From NCBI GenBank assembly GCA_052386495.1, contig JBQTKA010000008.1, positions 9,918 through 73,917 on the forward strand: a stretch of 64,000 nt of DNA, read 5' to 3'. Under the pieces are notes generated by a model. It ran no database searches, was not told the DNA's origin, and saw nothing but the letters and a program-made list of their open reading frames with translations. The stretch's first letter is position 1, and the number at the start of each line of letters is the position of its first letter. The DNA is from Hyphomicrobium sp. (GTDB taxonomy: Bacteria > Pseudomonadota > Alphaproteobacteria > Rhizobiales > Hyphomicrobiaceae). Below are positions 55,922-64,000 of this stretch, piece by piece. A program made the translations under genes and the position numbers.

Positions 55922-56779
55922 TTAACAGTAGGCGCAGCCGGACTTTCTGAACTCGGTCACAAGCGCCTCGAGTTGGTCGTGGAGGTCTTCGGGCGCGCCG
56001 GGGATCGACTTGTCGCCGACAAGGAAGTGCGGCGTGCCGTTGATGCCCATTTTTTTGGCGAGGTCCTTGTCGGCGGCGAGTTCGTCCTCAATCTCCTTGC
56101 TGGCCATGTCGGTCTTCAGCTTGGCGATGTCGAGGCCGAGCGCTTCGGCAGCCTTGAGCGACGACGCTTCGTTGGCCTGTCCCTTCGTCGAAAGCATCGC
56201 CTGGTGGAATTCCCAGTACTTGCCCTGCTTCTTGGCGGCCAAGGCGATCTTCGCCGCTTCCTCTGAACCCTTGGACAAGATCGGCAGCTCTTTGAAAACG
56301 AAGCGGACCTTCTTGTCCGATTGGATCAGCTTCTGCACCTCCGTCAACCCGCGTTTGCAGTAGCCGCAGTTGTAATCGAAGAACTCGACCACGGTGATGT
56401 CGCCGTTGGGATCGCCGGCGACGGGGCTCTCAGGATTGCGATAGATGTCCTTGGCGTTGGACGCCATGAACGACTTCAACTTTTCGGCCTGCTCCTTTTC
56501 GAGTTTGGCTTCGAGTGCGGTCTGCACATCGACCATGATCTCGGGGTTCGCGAGCAGATACTCTTTCACGATCTCGCCAATCGCTTTTTTCTGGTCATCG
56601 GTGAACGCGCCGGCGCCGGCCGGTTTCGCAGCGTCTTCGGCGCGCGCCGCCGAGGAAACCACTCCCTCGCCCCACGGACCGGCGGCGTAGATCGCAGCGG
56701 ATGAGATCGCTATGACCGCCGCAAGACAGGCGAACCCCCGGCTGAGGCTGAATTTCGGGCGGTCGAACGGAGCGGGCAT
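55922..56779 (-). CDS. DsbA-family thiol:disulfide oxidoreductase
   Basis: VVEFFDYNCGYCKR CxxC active site in a thioredoxin fold. N-terminal membrane anchor. Confidence 0.85.
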   Translation of the reverse strand: MPAPFDRPKFSLSRGFACLAAVIAISSAAIYAAGPWGEGVVSSAARAEDAAKPAGAGAFTDDQKKAIGEIVKEYLLANPEIMVDVQTALEAKLEKEQAEKLKSFMASNAKDIYRNPESPVAGDPNGDITVVEFFDYNCGYCKRGLTEVQKLIQSDKKVRFVFKELPILSKGSEEAAKIALAAKKQGKYWEFHQAMLSTKGQANEASSLKAAEALGLDIAKLKTDMASKEIEDELAADKDLAKKMGINGTPHFLVGDKSIPGAPEDLHDQLEALVTEFRKSGCAYC

Positions 56780-56846
56780 GTGATCTCTCTTTCTCAATTC
56801 CCAAGCGTGGTGGATTTCGGATGGGGCGCAATCGGCGTTACACCGA

Positions 56847-58265
56847 CTACGTTTGCGGGCGGAAGGTGATGATGTCTTCGTTCTTGATGGCTTCTGGCGA
56901 TCCAGCGCGCAGTTTGGGGCGCGCCCGGTTGGCGAACAGCTGCGCCTGCTTGACGTTGCCTTCCAGGAAATAGGCCTGCGCCGTCATGGCGTCGGCCTCC
57001 GGACCTTTGCCCTGCTTGTAGTAGGCGTTGGCCAGCATGCGGTACGCGCGCGGGTTTTCATCCTCGACGATTGCCTTACGGAGCAATTCGACGGCTTCTG
57101 GCACGCCCGCGGCGCTATCGCCCTGCAGGAGCGCCGTCGCGAGCTGCACGCGCATCAGCGGGCTATCGGGGGCCAATTTCAGCGCCTGGCGCATCTGTGG
57201 GGCCGCTTCGGCCATGCGGCCGGAGCGCATCAGTAGTTCGCCCTTTAATTCGTAGAAATAGGCATACGACGGATTTTCGCGGATCAGCCCGTCGATTTCG
57301 GCGACGGCGGCTTCAAGCGCGCCCGAACCGCCCTTGAAGAAGAGGGCGATCGCGCGGGCATAGCGCGCAGGCAACGTTTTGTCGGCGGCGGCATAGCGAT
57401 TGAAGACGACGCTCGGACTTTCGAGGAACCCCGAAAGTTTCGCCTTCATCATGTCGTGGCGCAGTTGCAGCGCCTCGGGGTCCTTGACGCCGGCATAGGG
57501 GCTCGAGCCGACGAGATTGCGCAGTTTCGCAAGCCGGTCCGTCGCCACCGGATGGCTGCGTACGAACGGATCCTTGTATTGGTCGGATACGTATTCCTGT
57601 TGCTGGAACCGCTCGAAGGTCGCCAGCATGCCCTGGCCGGACTGCTTGGTCGCGTTGAGGTAGGTCAGGCCGGCCTGATCGGCGGCCGATTCTTGCGAAC
57701 GGCGCTCGGACAACAGCCCGCGCATGATGACTTCATTGCCGCCCTGCATGACGGCCTGGCCGCCTTGCATGCCTTCCTGGCTGCCAGTGACGCCGCCCGC
57801 AACCATTGCGCCGATGCCGATCAGCTGAGTCAACAGCGCGCGGGTCTGATCCTTGGCGATGCGAATGCGCAGCGCCGCCATATGGCCGCCGGCGATGTGT
57901 CCGGCTTCATGCGCGATGACGCCGATGACCTCGTTTGGCGTGGCGGCCTGAAGCAGCGTGCCGGTGTGCATGAACACGTTCTTGCCGTCGAGCACGAAAG
58001 CGTTGAACGCTTCGTTGCGCACGATGCGCACCGTGACGCGGCCTGAGCCCAGACCCGCCGCACGGAAAATGGGCTTGGCGTAGTCGCTGAGGACGTTCTC
58101 GATCTCGCTGTCGCGGATCAGCGGCAAGGATTGCGCGTGGGCGGGATCGACGACGGCGTCGAGCCCCGTCACGCCGAACGCCAGCGCCAGCGCCGCGCTC
58201 CGCCGTCGAATCCTGGTCGGCGTTCTGGCGCCGGAGTAGGCCATAGGCTCCGCCTCGAAACTCAT
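56847..58265 (-). CDS. M48-family Zn metalloprotease with TPR repeats
   Basis: HEAGHIAGGH (HExxH), signal peptide, C-terminal TPR-like repeats. Confidence 0.85.
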   Translation of the reverse strand: MSFEAEPMAYSGARTPTRIRRRSAALALAFGVTGLDAVVDPAHAQSLPLIRDSEIENVLSDYAKPIFRAAGLGSGRVTVRIVRNEAFNAFVLDGKNVFMHTGTLLQAATPNEVIGVIAHEAGHIAGGHMAALRIRIAKDQTRALLTQLIGIGAMVAGGVTGSQEGMQGGQAVMQGGNEVIMRGLLSERRSQESAADQAGLTYLNATKQSGQGMLATFERFQQQEYVSDQYKDPFVRSHPVATDRLAKLRNLVGSSPYAGVKDPEALQLRHDMMKAKLSGFLESPSVVFNRYAAADKTLPARYARAIALFFKGGSGALEAAVAEIDGLIRENPSYAYFYELKGELLMRSGRMAEAAPQMRQALKLAPDSPLMRVQLATALLQGDSAAGVPEAVELLRKAIVEDENPRAYRMLANAYYKQGKGPEADAMTAQAYFLEGNVKQAQLFANRARPKLRAGSPEAIKNEDIITFRPQT

Positions 58266-58535
58266 GCTCTAACGAAAACGCCGGACGCGGCGAACCTACG
58301 GGGGAAGCGGAAACCGGTCAAACCACGCCCATCCGATCCGTTCGCCGACGCTCAGAAATCGTGGACAATGGGGCGTCAGGAAGGCGCTTCGATGACGTCT
58401 TCGTCATCCGTTTTTGCCCGACCGCGCAGTCGGGCTGAGAACCGGTAAACGCCGCGGTCCGGTAGCGGCGCGATCAGGCGTCGAAAAAAGTGAGCCGGAC
58501 GTTCAAGTCCGGCCCCTCGATCGCTTCGGCGTCGA

Positions 58536-61460
58536 TCAATCAGACCCGAAGCGGCGTTGCCACCAGCCCTTGCGCTGCGGCGCAGCCGGAGCGTCGTCGC
58601 CGCCATCGCCCATTTGATCCGGGGCGACGACGACTCGTTCAATGCGCGGCTCGCTGGAGCCGATCTCGTGGCGCCGAGTCGGCGCCGGAGGCGGCGGTTC
58701 GTTGACGCGCGCTTCGCTTCGTTCGGCGTCGCTGTTCGCTGCGACCGCGGGCGCATCCCAGATGCGTTCGGAGCGCGCGCGCTCCGGTCGTGCGCGCTCG
58801 TTTGGCGGCTGAGGCGACTCTACGCCGGCGCCGTTGACCGCCGCTGGTTCACCGTCGTCGTCATCCTGTGCGTCGTGCGCGCCCCTTGGTTGATCCGTCG
58901 AGCCGTCTGGACCGGCCGTGCGATCGGCGCCGTCGCGATCGCGACCTCGGCGTCCGCCGCGCCGACCGCGTCGGCGCCGGCGCCCAGGTCTGTCGCCGCG
59001 ATTTTCACCGTCCGCAGCTGAAGCCTCGCCGTCGGAGCGTTCGCTTGCGTCGAGCGCAACGTCTTGGTCCGCGCCTTCGAAATCGTCATTGCCCGCGTCC
59101 GGAGCGGATCGCGCGATCTCGGCGTCAGGGCGGCCCGGACCGGCGCCGGTTCCGTACGGCCGTGGACCGCCGCGGTCGTCGCTAAACTCGGATCGGCGGC
59201 TGTCGTCGCGCCGGTTGTCGTCGCCCCGGCCCCCGCGTCCACGTCCGCGGCGACGGCCGCGCCGGGGTCCGCGCTGTCCAAACTCGCCGTCTCCGTCGCG
59301 GTCGCGCGCCTCGGCGCCGCCGCCTCCCGCGCGATCGTCGTTGTCGCCGACAATTTCGATTTCGGCGCCCTCGAAGCTCGGCGCTTCTTCTTCGCCTTCG
59401 CCCTCGCCCTCGAAGCCCCAGTTCATGTTGACGGCGGCGCGCTCGGGCCGGCGTTGCGCCGTCGCGGAAGCAACGCCGCGTTCAACGGTGAAGTTCGCGC
59501 CCTGCACGCGGTCGCTGCCGAGGATCGTGATCGATTGACCGTGCCGCGTCTCCATGTCGGTGACGTAGGCGCGTTTGCTGTTGAGAATGTAGAGCGCGAC
59601 GGCGGACGTCGTCGTCGCGATCAGCGGCGCGTTGGCGCCGGCGGTGATGGCGTCTTCGAGCCCGCGCAGCACGGCGAGCGCAATGCTCTCCGTCGAACGA
59701 ATGATGCCGGTGCCTTGGCAATGCGGACACTGCGACGTCGAGCCTTCCAGTACGCCCGTTCGCAATCTCTGGCGCGACATCTCCATCAGCCCGAAATGCG
59801 AAATGCGCCCAAGCTGGATGCGCGCGCGATCAAAGCGGAGCGCGTCCTTCAGCCGCCGTTCGACGGCGCGGTTGTTGCGCTTCTCCTCCATGTCGATGAA
59901 GTCGATGACGATGAGGCCGGCGAGGTCGCGCAGCTTCAGCTGGCGCGCGATTTCGTCGGAGGCTTCAAGGTTCGTCGCCAGCGCCGTCTCCTCGATCGAG
60001 AATTCGCGCGTCGACTTGCCGGAGTTGACGTCGATGGCGACGAGGGCTTCCGTCTGATTGATGACGATGTAGCCGCCCGACCGCAGAGTCACCTGCGGCA
60101 GGAACATCGCGTTCAGCTGCCGCTCCACGCCGTACTTCGTGAACAGCGGGGTCGGTTCCTTGTAGTCGATGACGTTCTTGGCGTGGCTCGGCATTAGCAT
60201 GTGCATGAAGTCGGCCGCTTCCTGGTAGCCGGCGCCGCCTGCGACCACCACTTCCTCGACGTCCTTGTTATAGAGGTCGCGAATGGACCGCTTGATGAGG
60301 TCGCCTTCCTCGTAGACGAGGCTCGGCGCCGTCGACTGCAGGGTGAGTTCGCGCACGCTTTCCCAGAGCCGCAGCAGATATTCGAAGTCGCGCTTGATCT
60401 CCTGTTTCGTCCGCGCCGCGCCGGCGGTGCGGATGATGAGGCCCATGCCTTCCGGCACCTCGAGATCCTGGGCAATCGCCTTCAGGCGCTTGCGATCCTG
60501 GGGGTTCGTGATCTTGCGGGAAATGCCGCCGCCTCGCGCCGTATTGGGCATCAGCACGGTGTAGCGGCCGGCGAGCGACAGATACGTCGTCAGCGCCGCG
60601 CCTTTGTTGCCGCGCTCTTCCTTGACGACCTGAACGAGGATGATCTGCCGGCGTTTGATGACCTCCTGAATCTTGTAACTGCGCGGGCGACGGCGGGCGC
60701 GCACGGGCGCGTCTTCGGCCATTTCGCCGCCGGCCGGTTCGTGGCCGTCGTCGTGGTGCGGCTCGCCGAGTGCGTCGACCGGTTGCTCGGCGTCAGCTGG
60801 ACTTTCGTCCTCGGCGGACTCGTCGTCTTCGGCTTCGTGATGGCGGGCGTGCGGCTCATCGGCCGGCTCTCCGCTCGCGTCGATGTCGGCTGCGGGCTGC
60901 TCGGAAACAACGTCGTCCAATTCAGTGGAAACGGCCGCGGCGATCGTCGCCGGGGACGGCTCGCCGGCGTCGCCGCCGACTTCCTCGATGTGTTCGTCTT
61001 CCTCGACGTCGACGATGTTCGGCGCGTCGCCGTCGCTACGAGCGGGATCGCCATCTTGGTCGTCGTCGGAAACGTCAGCGGCGGCGTCGTCGGACGTCTG
61101 GGGACGCACGCCGCTGCGACGCGCCAGCGCTTCGGCCCGCCGATCGGCCGCGGCCTCGAGTTCGGCTTCCGCGGCCGCTTCCTCGTCGATCAGCGCCTGA
61201 CGATCGGCGACCGGGATCTGATAATAATCGGGGTGGATTTCGTTGAAGGCGAGAAACCCGTGACGGTTGCCGCCGTAGTCGACGAACGCCGCCTGAAGCG
61301 ACGGTTCGACCCGCGTGACCTTGGCCAGATAAATGTTGCCGCGGAGCAGTTTTCGCGCAGCGCTCTCGAAGTCGAACTCCTCTACCCGGCCGTTGCGCTG
61401 AACGACGACCCGGGTCTCCTCGGGATGCGTCGCATCGATGAGCATTTTTGTGTTGGACAT
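58536..61460 (-). CDS. rne: Ribonuclease E
   Basis: MSNTKMLIDATHPEETRVVV, S1 domain (NIYLAKVTRVEPSLQAAFVDYGG), catalytic core (AIDVNSGK, CPHCQGTG Zn-link), Arg/Asp/Gly-rich scaffold C-terminus and an acidic insert. Start at ATG 61460 rather than 61583. Confidence 0.9.
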   Translation of the reverse strand: MSNTKMLIDATHPEETRVVVQRNGRVEEFDFESAARKLLRGNIYLAKVTRVEPSLQAAFVDYGGNRHGFLAFNEIHPDYYQIPVADRQALIDEEAAAEAELEAAADRRAEALARRSGVRPQTSDDAAADVSDDDQDGDPARSDGDAPNIVDVEEDEHIEEVGGDAGEPSPATIAAAVSTELDDVVSEQPAADIDASGEPADEPHARHHEAEDDESAEDESPADAEQPVDALGEPHHDDGHEPAGGEMAEDAPVRARRRPRSYKIQEVIKRRQIILVQVVKEERGNKGAALTTYLSLAGRYTVLMPNTARGGGISRKITNPQDRKRLKAIAQDLEVPEGMGLIIRTAGAARTKQEIKRDFEYLLRLWESVRELTLQSTAPSLVYEEGDLIKRSIRDLYNKDVEEVVVAGGAGYQEAADFMHMLMPSHAKNVIDYKEPTPLFTKYGVERQLNAMFLPQVTLRSGGYIVINQTEALVAIDVNSGKSTREFSIEETALATNLEASDEIARQLKLRDLAGLIVIDFIDMEEKRNNRAVERRLKDALRFDRARIQLGRISHFGLMEMSRQRLRTGVLEGSTSQCPHCQGTGIIRSTESIALAVLRGLEDAITAGANAPLIATTTSAVALYILNSKRAYVTDMETRHGQSITILGSDRVQGANFTVERGVASATAQRRPERAAVNMNWGFEGEGEGEEEAPSFEGAEIEIVGDNDDRAGGGGAEARDRDGDGEFGQRGPRRGRRRGRGRGGRGDDNRRDDSRRSEFSDDRGGPRPYGTGAGPGRPDAEIARSAPDAGNDDFEGADQDVALDASERSDGEASAADGENRGDRPGRRRRRGRRGGRRGRDRDGADRTAGPDGSTDQPRGAHDAQDDDDGEPAAVNGAGVESPQPPNERARPERARSERIWDAPAVAANSDAERSEARVNEPPPPAPTRRHEIGSSEPRIERVVVAPDQMGDGGDDAPAAPQRKGWWQRRFGSD

Positions 61461-62287
61461 TGCCTGTGTTCCTTGGCGCGCCACAGTGGCGGCCCGCCCA
61501 GTCGGCCGGCGTCGGCCAGGCTGAAGGCGGGTAATGCGCGGCGGCGCGATTTTGCGAGTAATGGGAAGGGGGTGGAAAGACATCGCAACGCGCCGTGCAA
61601 CAGTCTGGACCGCGCGGCGCGGGGCGCGCCGGAGCGGGCGAAACCGGCCGCCGACCGGAAGCGGTCGGGCGTCGCGATGTCAGGACTGTAGCAAGCTCTC
61701 GCCATGTCTTTTCGAAGTATGGCCGGCGCGCCGTATGCGGTTGGCAGCGGCGAATCCGGGAGAATGCAAGGGCGACGTCGCGGGCGACGCCGGGGCGATT
61801 TTGCTGGCCTTGGCTCGCCGAAACGCCCTTTCTGCGGGACGACGACTTAGGCCGGCACGTGGAAATTGCGGCGTCGCTCGGGCGACCGGCGGGCGCTTTT
61901 CACAAGCCGCGCATTTACAGGTTGCCGCGAGGTCGACTGATACGCGCCCTCTGCGGTGGCCGACTGGCCGTCCAGGCGGGCCTAATTACCTGTGAAAGCA
62001 GGGTTTTTCTATATTCCTGCAGCAGGCCGATCAGGCTCGCGCGCGTCCTTGGAAGCGCCTTTGAATGGCGATGTCCGCAGCTGCGCCGGATACGTCATTA
62101 AGTGTACGTGGTCGTCCGCTGCGTCGCAAGTGCTATAAGAATTCGTCATGCGGCGCGAGTCATAGACCGTGGGCGGATTATAGTTAGCTGGCTATAACAT
62201 GGGGTTAACGGCCGTACTGTTGCTGGGCGGCCGCCGGGCGACGGCCCTTGGCAGGCCGGCTCGAGCGCGCAGGGGGATGAGGTAACG

Positions 62288-63541
62288 GTGCGCGGACGGC
62301 ATGGGCATGTGCAGCGCTCGGCGGATTCGATCCGCCGAGCGGCAGCGCATCTTCTGATTGCAATGACGACGCTGGCGTGCGCCAGCCAGTCCTGCGCTGC
62401 GGGCGTCAAGGCGACCGCCGCATCCTTGGCGGGCGACGCCAAAGCGACGACCTTTGAACTTGCGCTGAGCGAGGGCGTCGTGGCCGAGGTCTTCACGCTC
62501 GCCAATCCCTACCGCGTCATCGTCGACCTGCCCGACGTGGGCTTCGCACTACCCGACGGCGCCGGCCGCTCGGGTCAAGGTCTGGTTTCCGCCTATCGCT
62601 ATGGCCTGTTCGCCGAGCGCAAGGCGCGCGTTGTCATCGATACGACGGGCCCCGTGCGCATTGCAGGCGCAGACATGAGGCGGCCGGAAACTGGCGGCGG
62701 CGTGGTGCTCGCGATCCGGTTGGAGATGATCGATGCGGCGACGTTCGGCGAAGGCACGGGCGCCACGCGCAATGCCGCCGCCAAGCCCGCCGCCGCGCCC
62801 GATCCGGCGGCCGCGAAGCCCAAACCGAAGTCCAAGCCCGTCGTCGTCATTGATCCGGGCCACGGCGGCATCGATCCGGGCGCGACGGGGGGCGGCGTTG
62901 TTGCTGAAAAGACCGTCGTTCTGGCGGTCGCCAAGGCCTTGAAGGAGGCCCTGTCCAAGCCAGCGCTTTACGACGTGCGCATGACGCGATCGAGCGACGT
63001 TTTCGTCTCACTCGACCGGCGCCTCAAGATGTCGGAAGAAGCGGGAGCCGACCTGTTCATCTCGCTTCACGCCGATGCGATCGCCGAGATGAATTTCGCC
63101 CAAAACATTCGCGGCGCGACGATTTACACGCTGTCGGAGCGAGCCTCCGACGAACAGGCCCGCCGGATTGCCGAAAAGGAAAATGCGTCCGATCTGATCG
63201 CCGGCCTCGAGTCCACGCAGGCTGACGGCTTCGACCAGGTGAAAGACATCCTGATCGACCTGCTGAAGCGCGAAACCAAAAACTTTTCCACCGACTTCTC
63301 GAATGTGTTGGCGACCCGGCTCGCCAAAACCATCGCCATGTCGCGCGCCCCCCAGCGGTCGGCGGCGTTCAAGGTTCTCAAACAGACCCACGCCCCCTCG
63401 GTGCTGATCGAACTCGGCTACATGAGCAATGCGCAGGACCAGCAGCAGATGATGACGGCGGAGTGGCAAGCAAAGGTCGCCGCCGCAATCGCTGCTGCGG
63501 TCCAGTCATATTTCAATAAGAGAAATGCCAAAGGCCCTTGA
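62288..63541 (+). CDS. N-acetylmuramoyl-L-alanine amidase (AmiC-type: AMIN-like N-domain + Amidase_3)
   Basis: VVVIDPGHGGIDPGA, LFISLHAD, VLIELGYMSN. RR-containing signal-like N-terminus. Confidence 0.85.
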   Translation: MRGRHGHVQRSADSIRRAAAHLLIAMTTLACASQSCAAGVKATAASLAGDAKATTFELALSEGVVAEVFTLANPYRVIVDLPDVGFALPDGAGRSGQGLVSAYRYGLFAERKARVVIDTTGPVRIAGADMRRPETGGGVVLAIRLEMIDAATFGEGTGATRNAAAKPAAAPDPAAAKPKPKSKPVVVIDPGHGGIDPGATGGGVVAEKTVVLAVAKALKEALSKPALYDVRMTRSSDVFVSLDRRLKMSEEAGADLFISLHADAIAEMNFAQNIRGATIYTLSERASDEQARRIAEKENASDLIAGLESTQADGFDQVKDILIDLLKRETKNFSTDFSNVLATRLAKTIAMSRAPQRSAAFKVLKQTHAPSVLIELGYMSNAQDQQQMMTAEWQAKVAAAIAAAVQSYFNKRNAKGP

Positions 63542-63668
63542 ATATGAGGGTCATGGGCGACTGCTTGACGCCACATTTCGTGCTACAGTGCGGCGGCGTC
63601 GGGCGGGGTAAAGGCCGACTTGCTGCATTGCGGCAACCGCGATACACACGCGTCCTTTCAACGAGCAC

Positions 63669-64000
63669 ATGGGTCTGATGCGAGCGCCAACGCTACCGCC
63701 GCCGCCGGCGTCGAAACCGAGAAAGAGGCGGCGCAAGAGCTTGCTGTTGAGCCTGCTCGGCTTCGGCTTCGGAAGTTTCGTGCTTGTCTTTCTGGCGGGT
63801 TCGGGGGTTGCGGGTTTCCTGCTCTGGCAGGCCTCGCGGGAGCTGCCCGACTACGAGAGCCTCGCCAAATACGAACCTGACGTCATGACGCGCATCCACG
63901 CCAATGACGGGTCGCTCATCTCGGAATTCGCGCGCGAGCGCCGCATCTTCGTTCCCATCAACACGATTCCAAAGCGCGTCCTGGGCGCGTTCCTGTCGGC
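63669..64000 (+). CDS. mrcA: Penicillin-binding protein 1A, N-terminal part (runs off the window)
   Basis: My own translation, as it is not in the ORF track: MGLMRAPT...KRRRKSLLLSLLGFGFGSFVLVFLAG (TM anchor) ...LPDYESLAKYEPDVMTRIHANDGSLISEFARERRIFVPINTIPKRVLGAFLS, the start of a glycosyltransferase-51 domain. Confidence 0.8.
   Translation, partial: MGLMRAPTLPPPPASKPRKRRRKSLLLSLLGFGFGSFVLVFLAGSGVAGFLLWQASRELPDYESLAKYEPDVMTRIHANDGSLISEFARERRIFVPINTIPKRVLGAFLS

Noticed and set aside
58700-61100. Repetitive-looking GC-rich DNA (CGCCG/GACGA-type runs) considered as tandem repeats or a CRISPR-like array
   Set aside because: It encodes the Arg/Asp/Gly-rich scaffold and the acidic insert of RNase E. 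There is no repeat-spacer periodicity.
59064-61691. Two long + strand ORFs (377 aa and 496 aa) opposite rne
   Set aside because: The translations are Arg/Gly/Ala/Val-rich low-complexity strings typical of the antisense frame of a high-GC gene. The minus strand encodes an unmistakable RNase E over the same span.

Overview
High-GC, alphaproteobacterium-like DNA (organism assignment is inference from composition and gene order). A tRNA-Gln(CUG) gene at 41262-41335 splits the window. To its right (41.4-64 kb) is ordinary housekeeping DNA: M15 peptidase, Ppx/GppA, rlmE, guaB, MAPEG, RsmB-like methyltransferase, TspO, guaA, aat, accC/accB, aroQ, DsbA-like, M48 protease, rne, cell-wall amidase and the start of PBP1A. 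To its left (1-41.3 kb) the DNA is accessory and mosaic. (i) Four translationally coupled genes at 36-9719 encode an unrecognisable 821-aa protein, a 1471-aa DEAH helicase, a DUF1998-type Zn-cluster protein and a single-HKD PLD nuclease. This is a DISARM-like core with no methyltransferase in view, and it is my best candidate for an unusual or undescribed defence system. (ii) A PhoQ/OmpR-type two-component system whose regulator appears to start at ATT. An identical 18-bp direct-repeat box lies upstream of both an RND operon and eptA. (iii) Two CzcB/CzcA-type metal-efflux clusters without outer-membrane factors, two NicO/RcnA transporters, His-rich periplasmic proteins and a pair of conserved small secreted paralogues. 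(iv) An EptA/MCR-type phosphoethanolamine transferase coupled to a frameshifted VIT gene. (v) An XRE regulator and an Mrr-like nuclease. (vi) A phage-like ParB-methyltransferase remnant. (vii) A truncated serine recombinase, an intact IS3-family element and a truncated IS1182-like transposase nested together. (viii) An intact DUF3489-DUF2924-serine recombinase module abutting the tRNA. No CRISPR array or rRNA was seen. All family assignments rest on motifs read by eye, because no searches were run.
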